Positions 37,878-51,290 of a stretch of DNA of 64,000 nucleotides are shown piece after piece. Every line of letters begins with the position of its first letter. Within the stretch, counting starts at the first letter, position 1. Origin of the DNA: Mytilus californianus. Lineage: Eukaryota. The position numbers were made by a program, and so were the translations under genes. The notes beneath the pieces were generated by a model that was given only the letters and a program-made list of their open reading frames with translations, did no database searches and had not been told where the DNA came from. The stretch is from contig NW_026262723.1 in the NCBI RefSeq assembly GCF_021869535.1, positions 99,448,001 to 99,512,000 on the forward strand. The letters are read 5' to 3'.

Positions 37878-39008
37878 GTTTATCATATATTTAAATAGAA
37901 TCAGATTAATGTGATATACGTTTTTTTTAAATCGTCCGAAAATATATATAAAAAAAAGAACATAAGGATTTTCCTGTATTTTTCCAGCTGACCTAGTTTT
38001 TTTTATAGACTTCCTTATTTGCTTAATATCCACATCGTAATGTCCCTTACAACCTTATTACATGCTCAAAATAGAGCTATGAAACTGGCAAATAATATAC
38101 TTTAAGACCATGTATTTAAAAGCATTCACTAACAATAGTGTCAACTGTTCCCTCCTGTAGAATACAAACCCACCTTCATTATACTACAATCTGAACTCAC
38201 TGTTTGTATACATAAATATGGACAACAATGTTACCAAGTATCATCTATTCATAGATTATTAACAGACAATCGGGATTCCTATATACACAGCCATTGGACA
38301 AAAGTGTATCTATTTTATAAAAATCGCTTATAAAGTTACTGGGTAATATTTTTTTTGAAAAATATCGATTTTAGTTGAAATGATATGACATTTCTTGAGT
38401 TGGAACTCACTTTTTTCCTATGCCAGGAAATACAGCAACTGGACGTCATAGGTCAAACGTTGACGTCATTTGATTTACAGTAGGACAACCGGAAGCGCCT
38501 GAGTATTGATTTCGGTGCTCAGTGATACGGTTCAATAGACGACGTTGTCAACACGTAATGGCGGCCATTGTTTGACGTTGGATTTGGCATTCCACGCTGT
38601 AAAGATACATTTATGACATTCTTGGATGCTAAAACTTAATGCCACACAACATAAAAGGTAAAGGATTATTTCAGATATACCGAGTTAATTATTTTCAAAT
38701 AAGTGGGGTCCCAGAAAATGATTTAAACGGCAAAAATAAAGTGTAAAATTATATGAAACATGAAAATTGAAATCCCATTTTTCATCATTTCCTTTTCATA
38801 TATTGAATACACTAGCTATTTACACCAACCACAGGTGAATTATATTCGAATATCGGTTTTAGGTATCCGTCCTTGTCTCCGAGAATTTTATACCCACACA
38901 AGTTGTCAACATCCGTTTTCAAACTGTTCAAAGTGTTCTTCACAATCTCCCTGGAAATTATTCACACTATCACTTCGTGCTCAGATAATAGAACATTGTA
39001 AACCTCGG

Positions 39009-39959
39009 ATCAACTGAACTTGGCGACCACAATACTCGTATACCAGTATTGTCAACAATACTCGTATACATAAAATGTATAAGTATTGTATACGAGTATT
39101 GTCCTAGTATTGTTTATATAGAAAATATTAGAAACATTTATTCATTTTGTATCCCATGATAAAGTGTATTCAAGGGAAATAACCCAAGGATTTTTAATTG
39201 ATGCACAACAATTTCAGACTCTTTTTGTACTATTTAGTTTGTCCTTAAAAGGACTGGTTGGCCACTTTGGGACTTTCCAGTTTTTCTTGGATGCGGTGGT
39301 ATGCCTTCCATTGGTCAGAGTGGACAATGGATCCTGGTCTCACAAAACGTTGTATGATTGGTAGTAGGGTGTCTACATCCCGTTTATCTACTATCTGCAT
39401 GTATGTGATGTGATACCAAAAACCCACTGCTCTTTGCTGGCCCGGTGTCCTCTGTTGTATTTGGCTTTGTGGCAATCATCTATCTCATCTATCTGTACCA
39501 CGATACCTGGACCACCTAACTGGCATGGCGTATTTAGGAGTTTGGTGGTGCAAATATCTCTGATGTACTCGTGGTACTGGTACACTTGTATGGTTGTCTT
39601 TTCAGAAATGCCTATTGTCTTGGCGGCCTTCTTCACCATTGTATCCTGACACGAAAGATACATAAAGTACAATCACTTAGCTAAGGGTACTCTAGATCTT
39701 TTTGAATAATGAGCCAGACCTGATGGATCGAGTTGTGAGTCTTTTGGTACACTTTTCGTTAATGCATCGGAAACCATAGCCATCTGTAGTGTCTTTTGTT
39801 GGTCGAAAAAACACCAACAAGTTGTTAATAAAACACATCAATGAAAATAACAAACCCTATTGATTTTTTTTTTATTTTACAATACTGGTACATTAATTAT
39901 ATACGAGTATTGTTGACAATACTAGTATACGAGTATTGTGGTCGCCAAGTTCAGTTGAT
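39009..39959 (-). mobile_element. Merlin (IS1595/ISXO2-like) non-autonomous DNA transposon
   Basis: 60-bp TIRs at 39009-39068 and 39900-39959 with one mismatch, enclosing a broken transposase. Confidence 0.85.
39245..39672 (-). pseudogene. Merlin/ISXO2-type DDE transposase remnant
   Basis: QLGGPGIVVQIDE...KYNRGH...QWVFG in one frame, then YMQIVDKRDVDTLLPIIQRFVRPGSIVHSDQWKAY in another. These are hallmark ISXO2-like motifs, with a frameshift and deletions. Confidence 0.85.
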
Positions 39960-40131
39960 TTTTCTAAACGGATAACAGCTAATACGGACCAAAATTCATC
40001 AAATTTAAAAACACGGATGATCACGTATAATGCCGACTGTAAGTTCTCTAAAAAGGGGGGTAATTTCTCACCCAAATACACATGAATTTTGCTGACCGTC
40101 TCAAATTCAACTCAAAAGTCCATTATCAAAT

Positions 40132-40279
40132 CAGAGGCGGATTTATGGGGGGGGGCCCTTTTGTGTGAAAAATTCGGTTGATTATATAGGGAATCACTGA
40201 CGCATGACTGGAGCGGGCCCCCTCTTAGGCAGTTAGTGGGCCCCTCTTAGTCTTATTAAAATTTCTGGATCCGCCACTG
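40132..40279. mobile_element. 148-bp MITE with CAG(A/T)GGCGGAT TIRs
   Basis: cagaggcggattt ... tggatccgccactg. Flanked by caaat at 40127-40131 and 40280-40284; the direct repeat extends to caaatcag. Confidence 0.75.
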
Positions 40280-42891
40280 CAAATCAGTAGAATGTAAGAC
40301 ATATTCACTTCAACTGTTGGTTATTTTATAGCTGGTCTAATATTAATAGATTCGTCCCATTTCATATACACCAAAATATCCAAATTTAATATTAAAAAAA
40401 AACTTTCATTATTACATTATCATATAATACAAAGGGAAATCAATCACAAGCACTTGTTTCTGTCAATTGGGGTGGGGGTGGGGGGGGGGGGGGGGGTCAC
40501 TATCCATACTTGTACGAACATTTTTATTTTTAAGTGGGTGGGTGGGTAGGAGGAATTTAAGGGGACATTATATTCATTTTCTTATTTTGCTATTATGGCT
40601 TATTAATTTTGTTTCAATCTGTACACTATTGTTCTTTCCTTTTTATTGGACAGAATATTCATGTTCATCCTGTGTCAGCACTCTTGAGCAATGTTTACTT
40701 TATGTTCGGTTTTTACCATGATTACATGGACATATACCAGATCTTTCCCATAAAAAAATTAATTAAGATAGCCATCCTCTAAATCATATCTCTGAAATTA
40801 TAAAAGAAATTTACACATTGAAATTAACCAATCACCCACCCATTTGAAAAGCTTTGCATTACATGAATCCCCAGAAACTAATTAATTTACAATTTCTTTA
40901 TTCATGTTATATCTGACATGTTATATTCTTCCAATGATTATATACACAATCTAATTAGAAATGATAATCCATTAATAATATTACTTTCTCAAACTTCATT
41001 AATATTGTCAAATTCAAGGTGTCAATTTAGTGACAATACAGTCATGACAGTGGTGGTTCCAGGATTTAAATTAAAATGAAACTGGGTTGTGAGTGCCCCC
41101 AAAATGTATAAAATTTCAGCTTGCATTGTACAATAGATATGTTATGATCTTATGATGTTTATGCAAACTATTAAATATAAAAATGTTATCAAAAGGTTTG
41201 GTATAACATAAATTTGCTCCTTGTAAAACCTAAAAATTATTTTTCAAGACTTTTGAAAAGTTTTCTTTGAAACTTTTATGTACATGTATTGAGCAAAAAT
41301 GCTGGGGGCATAATTATCTATAATACTTAATAAATACATATACATGTATTTTCTTGGTAATTTATTTGGCAAATTTGTATTCATGTGTTGATAATAACAA
41401 TGCAAAGTTTAAACAAAAATACTTGTACATTTAGATATTCTGTACATTTGTACATACAACAAGAAAACAGTAATCAAATGGAATGTCCAGTGATGTTGAA
41501 AGCAAAATTATTTTTGTTAACAGAAAACAATAGGACTACAATATATTAAGGGTAAGTAATCCAAAATTGTCTGTTTAGGGTTACAAAAGTGGGTTATTGA
41601 CAATGTGCTATGATTTCAATCCCCCAAATATGAAACAAAAACATAATATACATGGTATTTAAACTGTTTTCATAAGGAAACAGACTGAAAATATTCTGCA
41701 TTTTACAGTCAGACAGGAAAGTTGCCAATGGAATAAATTGGGACTAGAACTTAAAATTTAAAGGATATAGGCCAAGGAATCATTCAGACTTTCAGCCAAT
41801 GAGACAACTCTCCACCAGATACATGTACCTTATGACGGAAAGGTTAATAAATATATGTATAGGTCTCTGACAGCCTTCATCAATGAGCAGAACCAATAAC
41901 CCATAGTAAGCTACATGTATAAAAGGCCCCTAAATAACATGACACAATACAAGCTGAAAATGAATATTCTGCATCAGTGAGTATGCAAAAGTGAAAATAT
42001 ATTTAGAAAGAAAAGCATGTGTAGCAATGGATGCAAATAAAAAGTCAATACAGAAAAAAAATCCTACTACCTCACTCGTTATGGCTTATGCAGTTTATTC
42101 ACTAAATTGTCAACAAACTTTTACATATTTCATTCAACTAATTTACATTAAACCTGGGAACAGTATATCTGTCAATATATATATATATATATGTTCATGA
42201 TTAAACAAGACAAAATAAAAGAAATGAACAGGGCAAATTGGTAACAGGTGGAAAGGACCCAGAGCGAACAAGTACTAGTGCGAACAGACCAGGATTCCCT
42301 TCCCACCACCTAGCTAGAATAGCAAATGGTCCTCCCCCTATGCATAGATATATTAATACTAGTCTAATAGTCATTACACATGTTATATCAATGCCCTAAG
42401 AAACTGCACATTGATTTTTTAAAAAGTAAAGTCATGAAGAGTTTAAACCAACACTGCAAACCAGAAATTAAGAATCATGAGCCCCTAAAAATGACACATG
42501 CCTTTGACAAAATTACCCCCCCTTCTTTTTTTCAAAAAAGAAACAAAACAAAACACATAACGATAACTGTATTAACGAAAGGAAACTTATGAAGAAAAAA
42601 AACCCGATAGCTTTTCTATGGCCTATTCAGGTTAGATGTTCATAACAAACTCATCGGCCGGTAACATACTAACAATATTCACGAAATAAAATTATGGATC
42701 AACGAAGTACGATATCAACAAATCAATCCCATAATGATGTAGGCCTATAACTGTTAGTTTACCAAGCTCGGCCTGTTTTGGTATAACTTTGATATGAATT
42801 CAACATATCGCATGACTTCCTTGGCATTCAGATAAACAAAATTGCTACAAAGAAGTAAAGAATCCAACTTTTAATGACATTTACGACTTAC

Positions 42892-42915
42892 GTTGACATT
42901 TTCGTCGCCGGAAAT
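42892..42915 (-). promoter_or_regulatory. Candidate first exon/promoter of an unidentified minus-strand gene
   Basis: The minus strand reads atttccggcgacgaaaATGTCAAC|GTAAGT: an ETS-like CCGGAA box, an A-rich Kozak context and a consensus donor, in a locally CpG-rich patch. Confidence 0.4.
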
Positions 42916-44749
42916 TGACAACGTTGGGCTATATACTGACACAACATCGGTTGAGGTAGATTCCGGCAATTCTGCTTCAAAAATCTCTAGCAGTTCGAAT
43001 TTATTGATGTCTAAAAATATATTTGTTATGTTTCAATACATTTTAGTGGATAATTATTTTTGAGAGAAGAATAGCTATCGCGTACTTTAGAAACAAGGTT
43101 TAGGGAGGACCACGCCCCCATAGTGGGAACATACAAAATAAAGATGACCGTTCTCCATTTCTACTCGATAGAAGTGCCTAATTTTTTTTTAACATATACA
43201 TCATGTACCAAAGATAACTATACGAAAGTATAAAAAAAATCGAGGCGGAGATTTTTTAGAAACAGCTAATAATTTTAGCAGACCAATTGACGTAATAGAA
43301 ATATAGACGAAAATGGCGCCTTCTTCAATTTTCGAAAAAAATCTATTATTTTATAATTTATTGACACATATTGTTTATTTTTAAAGGGGGTTAATATCTA
43401 TTGATTCACTTTTCCATGAGAATTGAATGAATATTTACTTTAAAAACAGAAACTCTTCCAATTTCTAAACCTACCGACCATGCAAGGAAAAACCTATAAA
43501 AAATTGAGATCCCTACATTAAAATGGGAACAAATTTTTGCCCTGGCTTGAACACTCCTGTTCTTTACGAATTTCGATGCCAAAAACTAGCGAGAATATGA
43601 TGTAAAAAAATTTAGAAAATCGAAGGATAGGTATTTTTTTGTTCCCATTTTTAATATAGCCATTTTATCCTACAGTGCAGAAAATCAATATCCGAAATTC
43701 TATGTTCAGATATAAAAAAAATGAGATTTCCTTTTATTTTAATGTTCAAAAATGAAAATAATATGTAAATTCATATATTTTTCTCATATAGATTTGCTTA
43801 CAATCAACAGTATTTATCGTCGGTACTTTGCCGCGAACGAACGAAAAAAAAATACAAAAGCGCGCCATTTTTCAGTTGACTAAAAAATAGTCCAATTTTC
43901 GGCGTAGGACTACTGAGCGGCGCCGAATCACATTTTGGCCAAAAAGGCACATCCGGTTGTCCTACTGTTATGACGTCACGCCAGGTATGCGATACAGGGT
44001 AGGTGATACAGACTGGAAAAAAGAACCTTTATTAGATATACAAAATTGCTGTATTTTGTACTAAATATATGATAAAACGTAATATTAGTCCCTTAAAATT
44101 GTTTCATCTATTGAAGGGATATTATATGGGGTTGTCTCTTTCGACCTTTATTAGTTTTACGAATTCGAAGAATCTGTGAATTGTGACTTGTAGCATTCTT
44201 GTAATTTTTTAGTTTATTCATTTTTCAAATGTTTGTTTTGTTGAGTCCACTGTGCGAAGGACCCATTCAGTTGTTATTACTGCGATGAGAGGTCATTGGC
44301 ACAGAAAGACTTACTTGATAAAATTGAGAATGGAAACGGGGAACGCGTCAAAGAGACAACAACCCGACAAAAGAGCAAAAGACAGTTCAAGGCCACCAAT
44401 GGGTCTTCAACACAGCGAGAAAATCTCGCACCTGGAGGCGGGCTGAGCATACTACACAGGCCATCATAGATATAAAGAGTGGAGATGTAAAATAGTTGAA
44501 TTATCACCAGCCACTGATTATTATGGTATTCGGTCTTTAATCTATGTGAAGTTGAAACATATGGGAAACAGATATTAATAGATATCAATGTAAAAGTATT
44601 TACAAATCCGTCAGCTTTGAAATCGCCGTCAACTGTTAGTACAGCTCATAAAAAAATCAACAAAATAACATAACATAATTACCATCTAAACAGAAGCTGT
44701 TTGAAAGATTTCAAAATTCCTAAATTATAAAAATATTGATATGCTTGAT

Positions 44750-44961
44750 GTCGGATAGAAATCGAATACCAATACATCGGGTTGAAAAATCTCTATGCAA
44801 AGTCTGAAACTGTTTGAAAATTGAGTTGATATAAGAATATACAAAGCAGACCAAAATTCATCTTTTATTTCGTATTTGAACGTTCCAAAAGCAATAAAAG
44901 TCTGATACATGTACATGTTTACGTGCATTTGCATTAGGTCGATTTCTATCCGACGCAGCTC
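44750..44961. mobile_element. Decayed copy of the GAGCTGCGTCGG MITE
   Basis: The right TIR ggtcgatttctatccgacgcagctc|AT is intact. The left TIR is eroded (gtcggatagaaatcga) and there is an internal deletion. Confidence 0.8.
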
Positions 44962-45985
44962 ATGTTTAATAATGATGATAATGGTGATAACGAGATTGAT
45001 ATGCAAAGTAGTATTGAACTGTTATTAAAGGTCATAATTTCTTGAAAGAAAACGAACAGCTTGAAACTATAAAACAGTTTGTTTTTAAATGATCCAAGAT
45101 AAATTGTTTTTAAATAATCCAAGATAAAACTTTGCCACCAAATCAATGTTCGTATCTTTTGTTTTAGATGCAGTTAAACTACCAAGTTCATATAATGTAA
45201 GGCAAATGCGATATTTGGATAAAATTAGACAATTATGGCAAATTGGGGGTAAATTGTTCCATGGAAGATTCCTTCGGCATTTGTCTGGAGAAAAATCCAC
45301 TTATTTTTTTTTAAATGAATGTTCAACATAGTTCAACTTTGAATGTCAAAGTTATAAGCCGACCAGTTGTTACGTATAAAAGTAATAAAATGAAACTTCC
45401 GTACATGCTTGAAATTTTTTTGTGAATGGTAGACTGAACAGTTACAAGTGTAGACGGCAAAGAAACTGAATATGTCTTCTAGATCGATGTGCGACGGTGC
45501 AGGTATCAATAAATCCCATCGAAAAACTTGTTTTATTACATAAACAAAAATCTAGAATTAAATGTTAGAATGTGTATATTTTATAGATACAGAAATACAC
45601 TGCAAAAGAAAAATAGAATAATAAAATATGAATTTTAATACTTTATTTTTGAAATTTATATGACTCAATCGGACTATAATCTTTGACATTTTATCTCCAT
45701 CATCGCGGACGTAAAGCAAACAATAATGCATCTAGTATCATCGCAAACATGACATTGTCACAAATTACAACGCCATTTTGTGTTTGGTTATATATTTTTC
45801 AACAATGGACATTATTTTTGTCAATTTTTTTCCTACTCGCATCGATTTTAGACCCATCTTCATGTAACTATACTTCTTGCTAAACAAATTCCTGGTATGA
45901 TATACATTCACAATGGAGAGCACTGCTTTATGAACTGAGAATTATGAATAGAAGAAAAAAGTGGATAACAAGGAAAAACACAGCA

Positions 45986-46747
45986 AAACGATATCAAGAG
46001 GTCAACAACGATACACATAACCAAACGATATCTAAAGGTAAAAAACGATACACATACAAAACGATATCAAGAGGTCAGCAACGCTACACATAACCACACG
46101 ATGGCTAGAGGTCAACAACGATACACATAACAACACGATGGCTAGAGACCAGCAACGATACACATAACTTTACGATATCTAGAGACCAACAACGATACAC
46201 ATAACTAAATAATATCTGAGGTCAACAACGATACACATTACCAAACGATATATAGGGACCAGCAACGATACACATAACCAAACGATACACATAACTAAAT
46301 AATATCTGAGGTCAACAACGATACACATTACCAAACGATACGTAGAGACCAGCAACGATACGCATAACCAAACGATATCTAGAGGACAACAACGATACAC
46401 ATAACCACACGATGTCTAGAGGTCAACAACGATACACATAAGTATACGATATCTAGAGACCAGCAACGATACACATAACCAAACAATATCTGAGGTAAAC
46501 AACGATACACATAAACACACGATGTCTAGAGGTCAACAACGATACACAAAACTTTACGATATCTAGGGACCAGCAACGATACACATAACCAAACAATATA
46601 TGAGGTAAACAACGATACACATAACCACACGATGTCTAGAGGTCTACAACGATACACATAACTATACGATTTCTAGGGACCAGCAACGATACACATTACC
46701 AAACAATATCTGAGGTAAACAACGATATGCATAACCAGACTGTGTCT
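45986..46747. repeat. 36-37-bp minisatellite with a trimeric higher-order repeat
   Basis: Core agaggtcaacaacgatacacataaccaaacgatatct. Three variants alternate regularly from 46381. Confidence 0.9.
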
Positions 46748-47489
46748 TTACAGAATGTCAAACGCTAAATCGCTCTAGTTTTAAATGTACTTTAAAAGGT
46801 CTAACATTAACACCAAATTATCCAAATATCAAAAATTTTAAAATACGACATTAGACAACAAATGACGAAGTTCCTGATTTGGGGCCGGCACATGAACATT
46901 CTTGCGAGTTAAACTTGTTTCTGTGATCTCCACACTCGCACTATTTAATCTTGATCAGTGAACAAAGAATATGCACATTAAAAGAACATACAATAAAAAT
47001 AAGTTCAGGGATAGACCTTAACTGTATAATAACAATAGGTCGCATAAACACAAACAAAGCAATAATAAACAATTATGTTGCAAAGAATGCTTATAGTTAC
47101 GGAAAGTAAGTGCAAAGTTCTCAACCTGTATATATGAAACCATGCCGTACTTAGGTTTTTTACCCCGTAAATATTCAGCATGCCTTCGGAATATACAAAT
47201 ACCGGACGGAGACCAGACTTTATATTATATATGCCATCCTACACACTTATATCGGTGGCTTTACTTTACAGTATATTTTATACAGCAGCGCCATGAGCAG
47301 CACAGGAAGTGTACGGTCTTATGCAATTCACAAAACAAAAATGTGCAGAATTCTAATACAGAACAAGAGCGCACACGCTGAAATGTTTCGCCTGCTTTAC
47401 TTAGCATGTGTGAATTTATGCTGAAAGTCAATAATATGAAGGTTTATCTTCAGCTATCGCATCTATTAAGCATTAACAAAAATCCATGT

Positions 47490-48235
47490 AAATGAGGTCA
47501 AGGTCAGAACCTTGCCAGAGAGAAATTTACACCTGACAATTATACCAAATATAGTAAGCCTATTCCTTGATGTGTCTTAGAAACGGTCCTCGTTACGAAA
47601 ATTGAACAATGAACCATAACAATGAGGTCAATGCTAGATGAACACTGCCAGACAACACAAAAACCATAAAATCATTCCATACACCAAATATAGTTGACCT
47701 TTTGCTTATAGTATCTGAGAAACAGACATAACCATGAAAACTCAACATTGACTACTGAACCATGAAAATGAATTCATGGTCAGATTAACCAAGCCAGACA
47801 GACATGTACACCGTAAAATCATTCCAAACACCAAATATCGAAAAACAAATAACATTGTCTAATGAACCATTGAAAAAAAAATCAAGGTCAGATCAGACCT
47901 GCCAGACGGACATGTACACCTTACACTCATTCCATATGCCAAATACAGCTGATCTATTGCTAATAGTACCTGAGAAACAGAATAAACCACAACCAAACTA
48001 AACCTTTTTTTTTCTTGAAGAAGTTAAAGCATTGAAATAAGGTCAAGGAAAATGGATAAATGACAGACGGAAACTTCTTAACATACGGCATCTGCATACA
48101 AGGTATGAAGCATCCAGGTCTTCTACTTTCTGAAATATAAAGCTGTATACAAATAGTTTATGCCGCCACCGTCGCCGCTGGATAGTAATCTATTATGTAT
48201 GGCATTCTGCGACATTCGCAGACGAGACGAAAACC
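47490..48235 (-). mobile_element. Helentron/HINE-type element carrying a degenerate internal tandem array (about 130-160-bp units)
   Basis: Repeated aggtcaaggtcag...gccagacagacatgtacacc...tcattcca..caccaaatatag units, then gacagacgg, and a terminal palindrome ctgcgacattcgcag followed by acgagacgaaaa. Confidence 0.6.
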
Positions 48236-49107
48236 AACAAAATATTTCAGTTTTTATTACTACCATAAAATAGCTAATTGATGTTGATCCCAAAAATATA
48301 AGACGCAATGATTCAACAGCAAAATTATAATTATTATCTGTGTCAATAAGTCTATTAAGTCGAAAAGAAAGATGTAAAGAACAATTCATAATCTTGTTAG
48401 CTTCACATGAATAACAATGCCGTATAGAACTGTCTCTGAAATATCTCTTTTCATTGAATTATTCCAAATGGTAAAATCATACTTCTACATTAAATCTCTA
48501 TAATTTGTGACAAATTAATCATATCTATATCCCGCTGTAAAAGCGGTTTTGTAATGAAAATAATTACGTGCATTTATATCTGAGAAGTCACTGCAAACAA
48601 AGGCCAATCGAAACTATTGTGAAATGTACACTCGCAAGGATACACACAACACAGCACCACCAAAAAGCAACGGAAAATTAACAATAGGAAAGGAACAGTT
48701 TTTCCGTTTATCGTGGCTTTAGCATGAGAAATTATGATATCAAGGTCTTTTAAAAAAGGACTTGGTTCAATATTGATTTATTAAGTAAAAGACAATTGAG
48801 TAGAAACAATTTCATTTTTCTATATTTAGAAAAAAAATCTGTGGGATTTTGGTTATTTTGAATTGTCTATTAGTTTATTACCCATCTTTACAAGACATAC
48901 TGAAAGCTTAAATCAACGTCTGTTTTTATGTTACACATATCATTCCAAAAAAAAATCACCTTTTTGGATTTAAATGTTAATTCATTTTTGCAACAGTTGA
49001 AATTATTTCAGATAAGTATGCCTGAATAAAACACGCTATAAAATCTATCTTGGATTCGTTCAACCTTGATCTGGCTGGCTCTTCTAAAGTTTCTGAAAGG
49101 TAACGCT

Positions 49108-49840
49108 TTACCATGGAATTACCACATCGGAAATATCACGAAGGCAAACAAAACATTAATCTTCATACGACGGAATCTTGGTAAATGCCCAATGATTATA
49201 AAACGTCAGGCATATATAACCCTCGCAAGACCAACACTAGAATATGCTAGCAGTGTCTAGGACCCACTTCTCCAAAAACACATACAACAACTGGAAATGG
49301 TCCAAAGGAGAGCAGCCATATTTATCAGGCATAAGTAATCTCGAGACCCAGGCATAGTAACATCTTTATCAAAGGACCTAAAACTACCACAATTACAGGA
49401 GAGACGAAAAACATCACGTCTACTCTGTTTTTACAAAGTAATCAATCCACCGACTAATTGTCATCCCAATTCCAGAATACTTGATGACACCAGCAAGAAT
49501 GACGCGTCAGTTCCTTCAAAGACGATTTGTCAGATTAGGATCAAGTTCTGAACAACGAAAACATAGCTTCTTCGTAAGAACCATCACAAACTGGAATGAA
49601 CTACCGCCTAGCCTATTGGACATTGATTACTATGAGGCATTCAAGACCCACCTTACAGCACACAGATATCCGTAAAACAACACACAAATGTTTTTATTTT
49701 TGTTTGGCACCTGTATATATATTTAACACCTGTACATATGATTTTAAAGTGTACATTTTGGATGACACCACAACTTTAATTCAACATATTCGTGTGATGA
49801 GTCAACCGACTCTTTACGGATTACCCATGTAGATGTAGAT
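49108..49840 (+). pseudogene. LINE (CR1/L2-like) ORF2 C-terminal remnant
   Basis: WNYHI..ITKANKTL.FIRRNL..CP..IK..AY.TL.RPTLEYASSV*DP..K.IQQLEMVQRRAA..LQERRK.SRL..FYK..SFFVRTI.NWNELP. Stops and frameshifts are present; the 3' end has an atgtag repeat. Confidence 0.85.
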
Positions 49841-50799
49841 TCTTCTCTCCATGCAGGTTTCGTAGATCTTCCGACAAAGGATGATACGCACTATATTGCT
49901 TACTTGTTGTAAATTTTACATTTAATTCAGTACCATTTTCAACCAGTTATTTCAACAATCTTACGAATGTTTAAGGAAAATAATGAATCGTTTATTGTGT
50001 TCATGTCTTTCCTCTAGCTTATAAAAAGTCAAGTTCTTGTCGAACACAAAACAACTTTCTACGTAGCCTTTTCTTATTTTTCTTCCAATGATTTAGATAT
50101 TTTTTTTAGTTTATTGGAGTCACTTTTGGTTTGGGTCGTGGATGGTATTTTCAAAATTTATATTGCATAATGTAATTGGTTATGTCCCTAACCATGATCT
50201 CATTTTCATCAAGTTTGTCCTACCTTGGAACTATATAAGTTGTTAGATGTCGACGTCATTGGATTCCCTGAGATGACCACCTAAGAATTTATTTGCCCTA
50301 CAATCTTTAGCTCAGACATAAACCCAATGAGCTACCCTTAAATAGTTGCTTTCCAAAACTCCAAAAAAATAGAAAACATCATCGTATCAATGTGTATAGG
50401 GATTACCATTGAAAAAATATGAACAACATTTGTTCAGAAGTTTATAAGCATTTGCTATCCAATGATTGTTTACTTTCAATGAGAGACCAATACAAATATA
50501 GCCATTGTGACAGTTGCTAGTTTTCGTGTCCTTCTATATCTTCTATTGCGTATAAAATATCCCAAAATTGGCTTTGACCAATATTAAAGACATGTTCTCC
50601 TGATTAGTTTTAAACAACAGGGGGAAAAGCGCCTGATTGTAATTAATGCTGCTACTTAATTCGGTTTTTATTCCTGTTTTCCAATTTGGAAGCTCTTGTT
50701 CATTAATATTCTACACTGAATATCTTGTCATTGGTAATCTTCTTTCACGAAAGCAAAGCATCTAACTGTCATAAAATTTGTAAAGTGATTATTATAAAA

Positions 50800-51290
50800 A
50801 AAGAAGATTTGGTATGATTGCCAATGAGACAACTATAAACAAGAGACCATCTGGTTAATGTCACCGTACGGCCTTTAACAATGAGCAAACCCATTCTGCA
50901 TAGCAAGCTTAAAAAATGCATTGACAAGACGAAATGTAAAACGAGAAAACCAACGGCCCGATTTATGTACAAACCATTAAACGAAAAACAAATAGGATAT
51001 ACAGCAAAAAACGACAGCAACTGAATAACAAACTTTTGACCCTTAACAGGCACATACATAACATGGCGGTGTAGCACATGTTTGCCAGCGGTGTAACAGC
51101 ACAACATAAGAACAAAATGTAAAAATCAATTAAAAAGAGCTTGACTCATAAGATCAATACAAAGCACAAAAACAAATAACAAAAAGACTAAAGACACAAC
51201 CTGCAGACCTGAGAGTTCTTGCAGTTACTGAAAGATAGTTCAAAGCCAATAACAACTTATAAAAAAATCACGTATCCACAACAAAATATA
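50800..51290 (-). repeat. R1 copy
   Basis: Homologous to 22300-22860. Confidence 0.85.

Larger units (their letters stand above)
38478..43967. mobile_element. Putative 5.5-kb element bounded by CAGTAGGACAACCGGA inverted repeats
   Basis: Left TA|cagtaggacaaccggaag and right catccggttgtcctactg|TT. Weak subterminal similarity (gatt(t)cgg..gctcagt) at both ends. These could be ends of two different copies. Confidence 0.45.

Noticed and set aside
39009-39959. IS1595-like transposase as evidence of bacterial contamination or recent horizontal transfer
   Set aside because: Merlin is the established eukaryotic branch of this family, and the element is embedded in host-type repeats.
15089-51107. Recurring peptide LIV(E/K)GRTVT(Y/C)SC in ORFs at 15089, 22360, 24851 and 50769 as a gene family
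   Set aside because: These are translations of the non-coding R1 repeat core. Frames and lengths are not conserved between copies.
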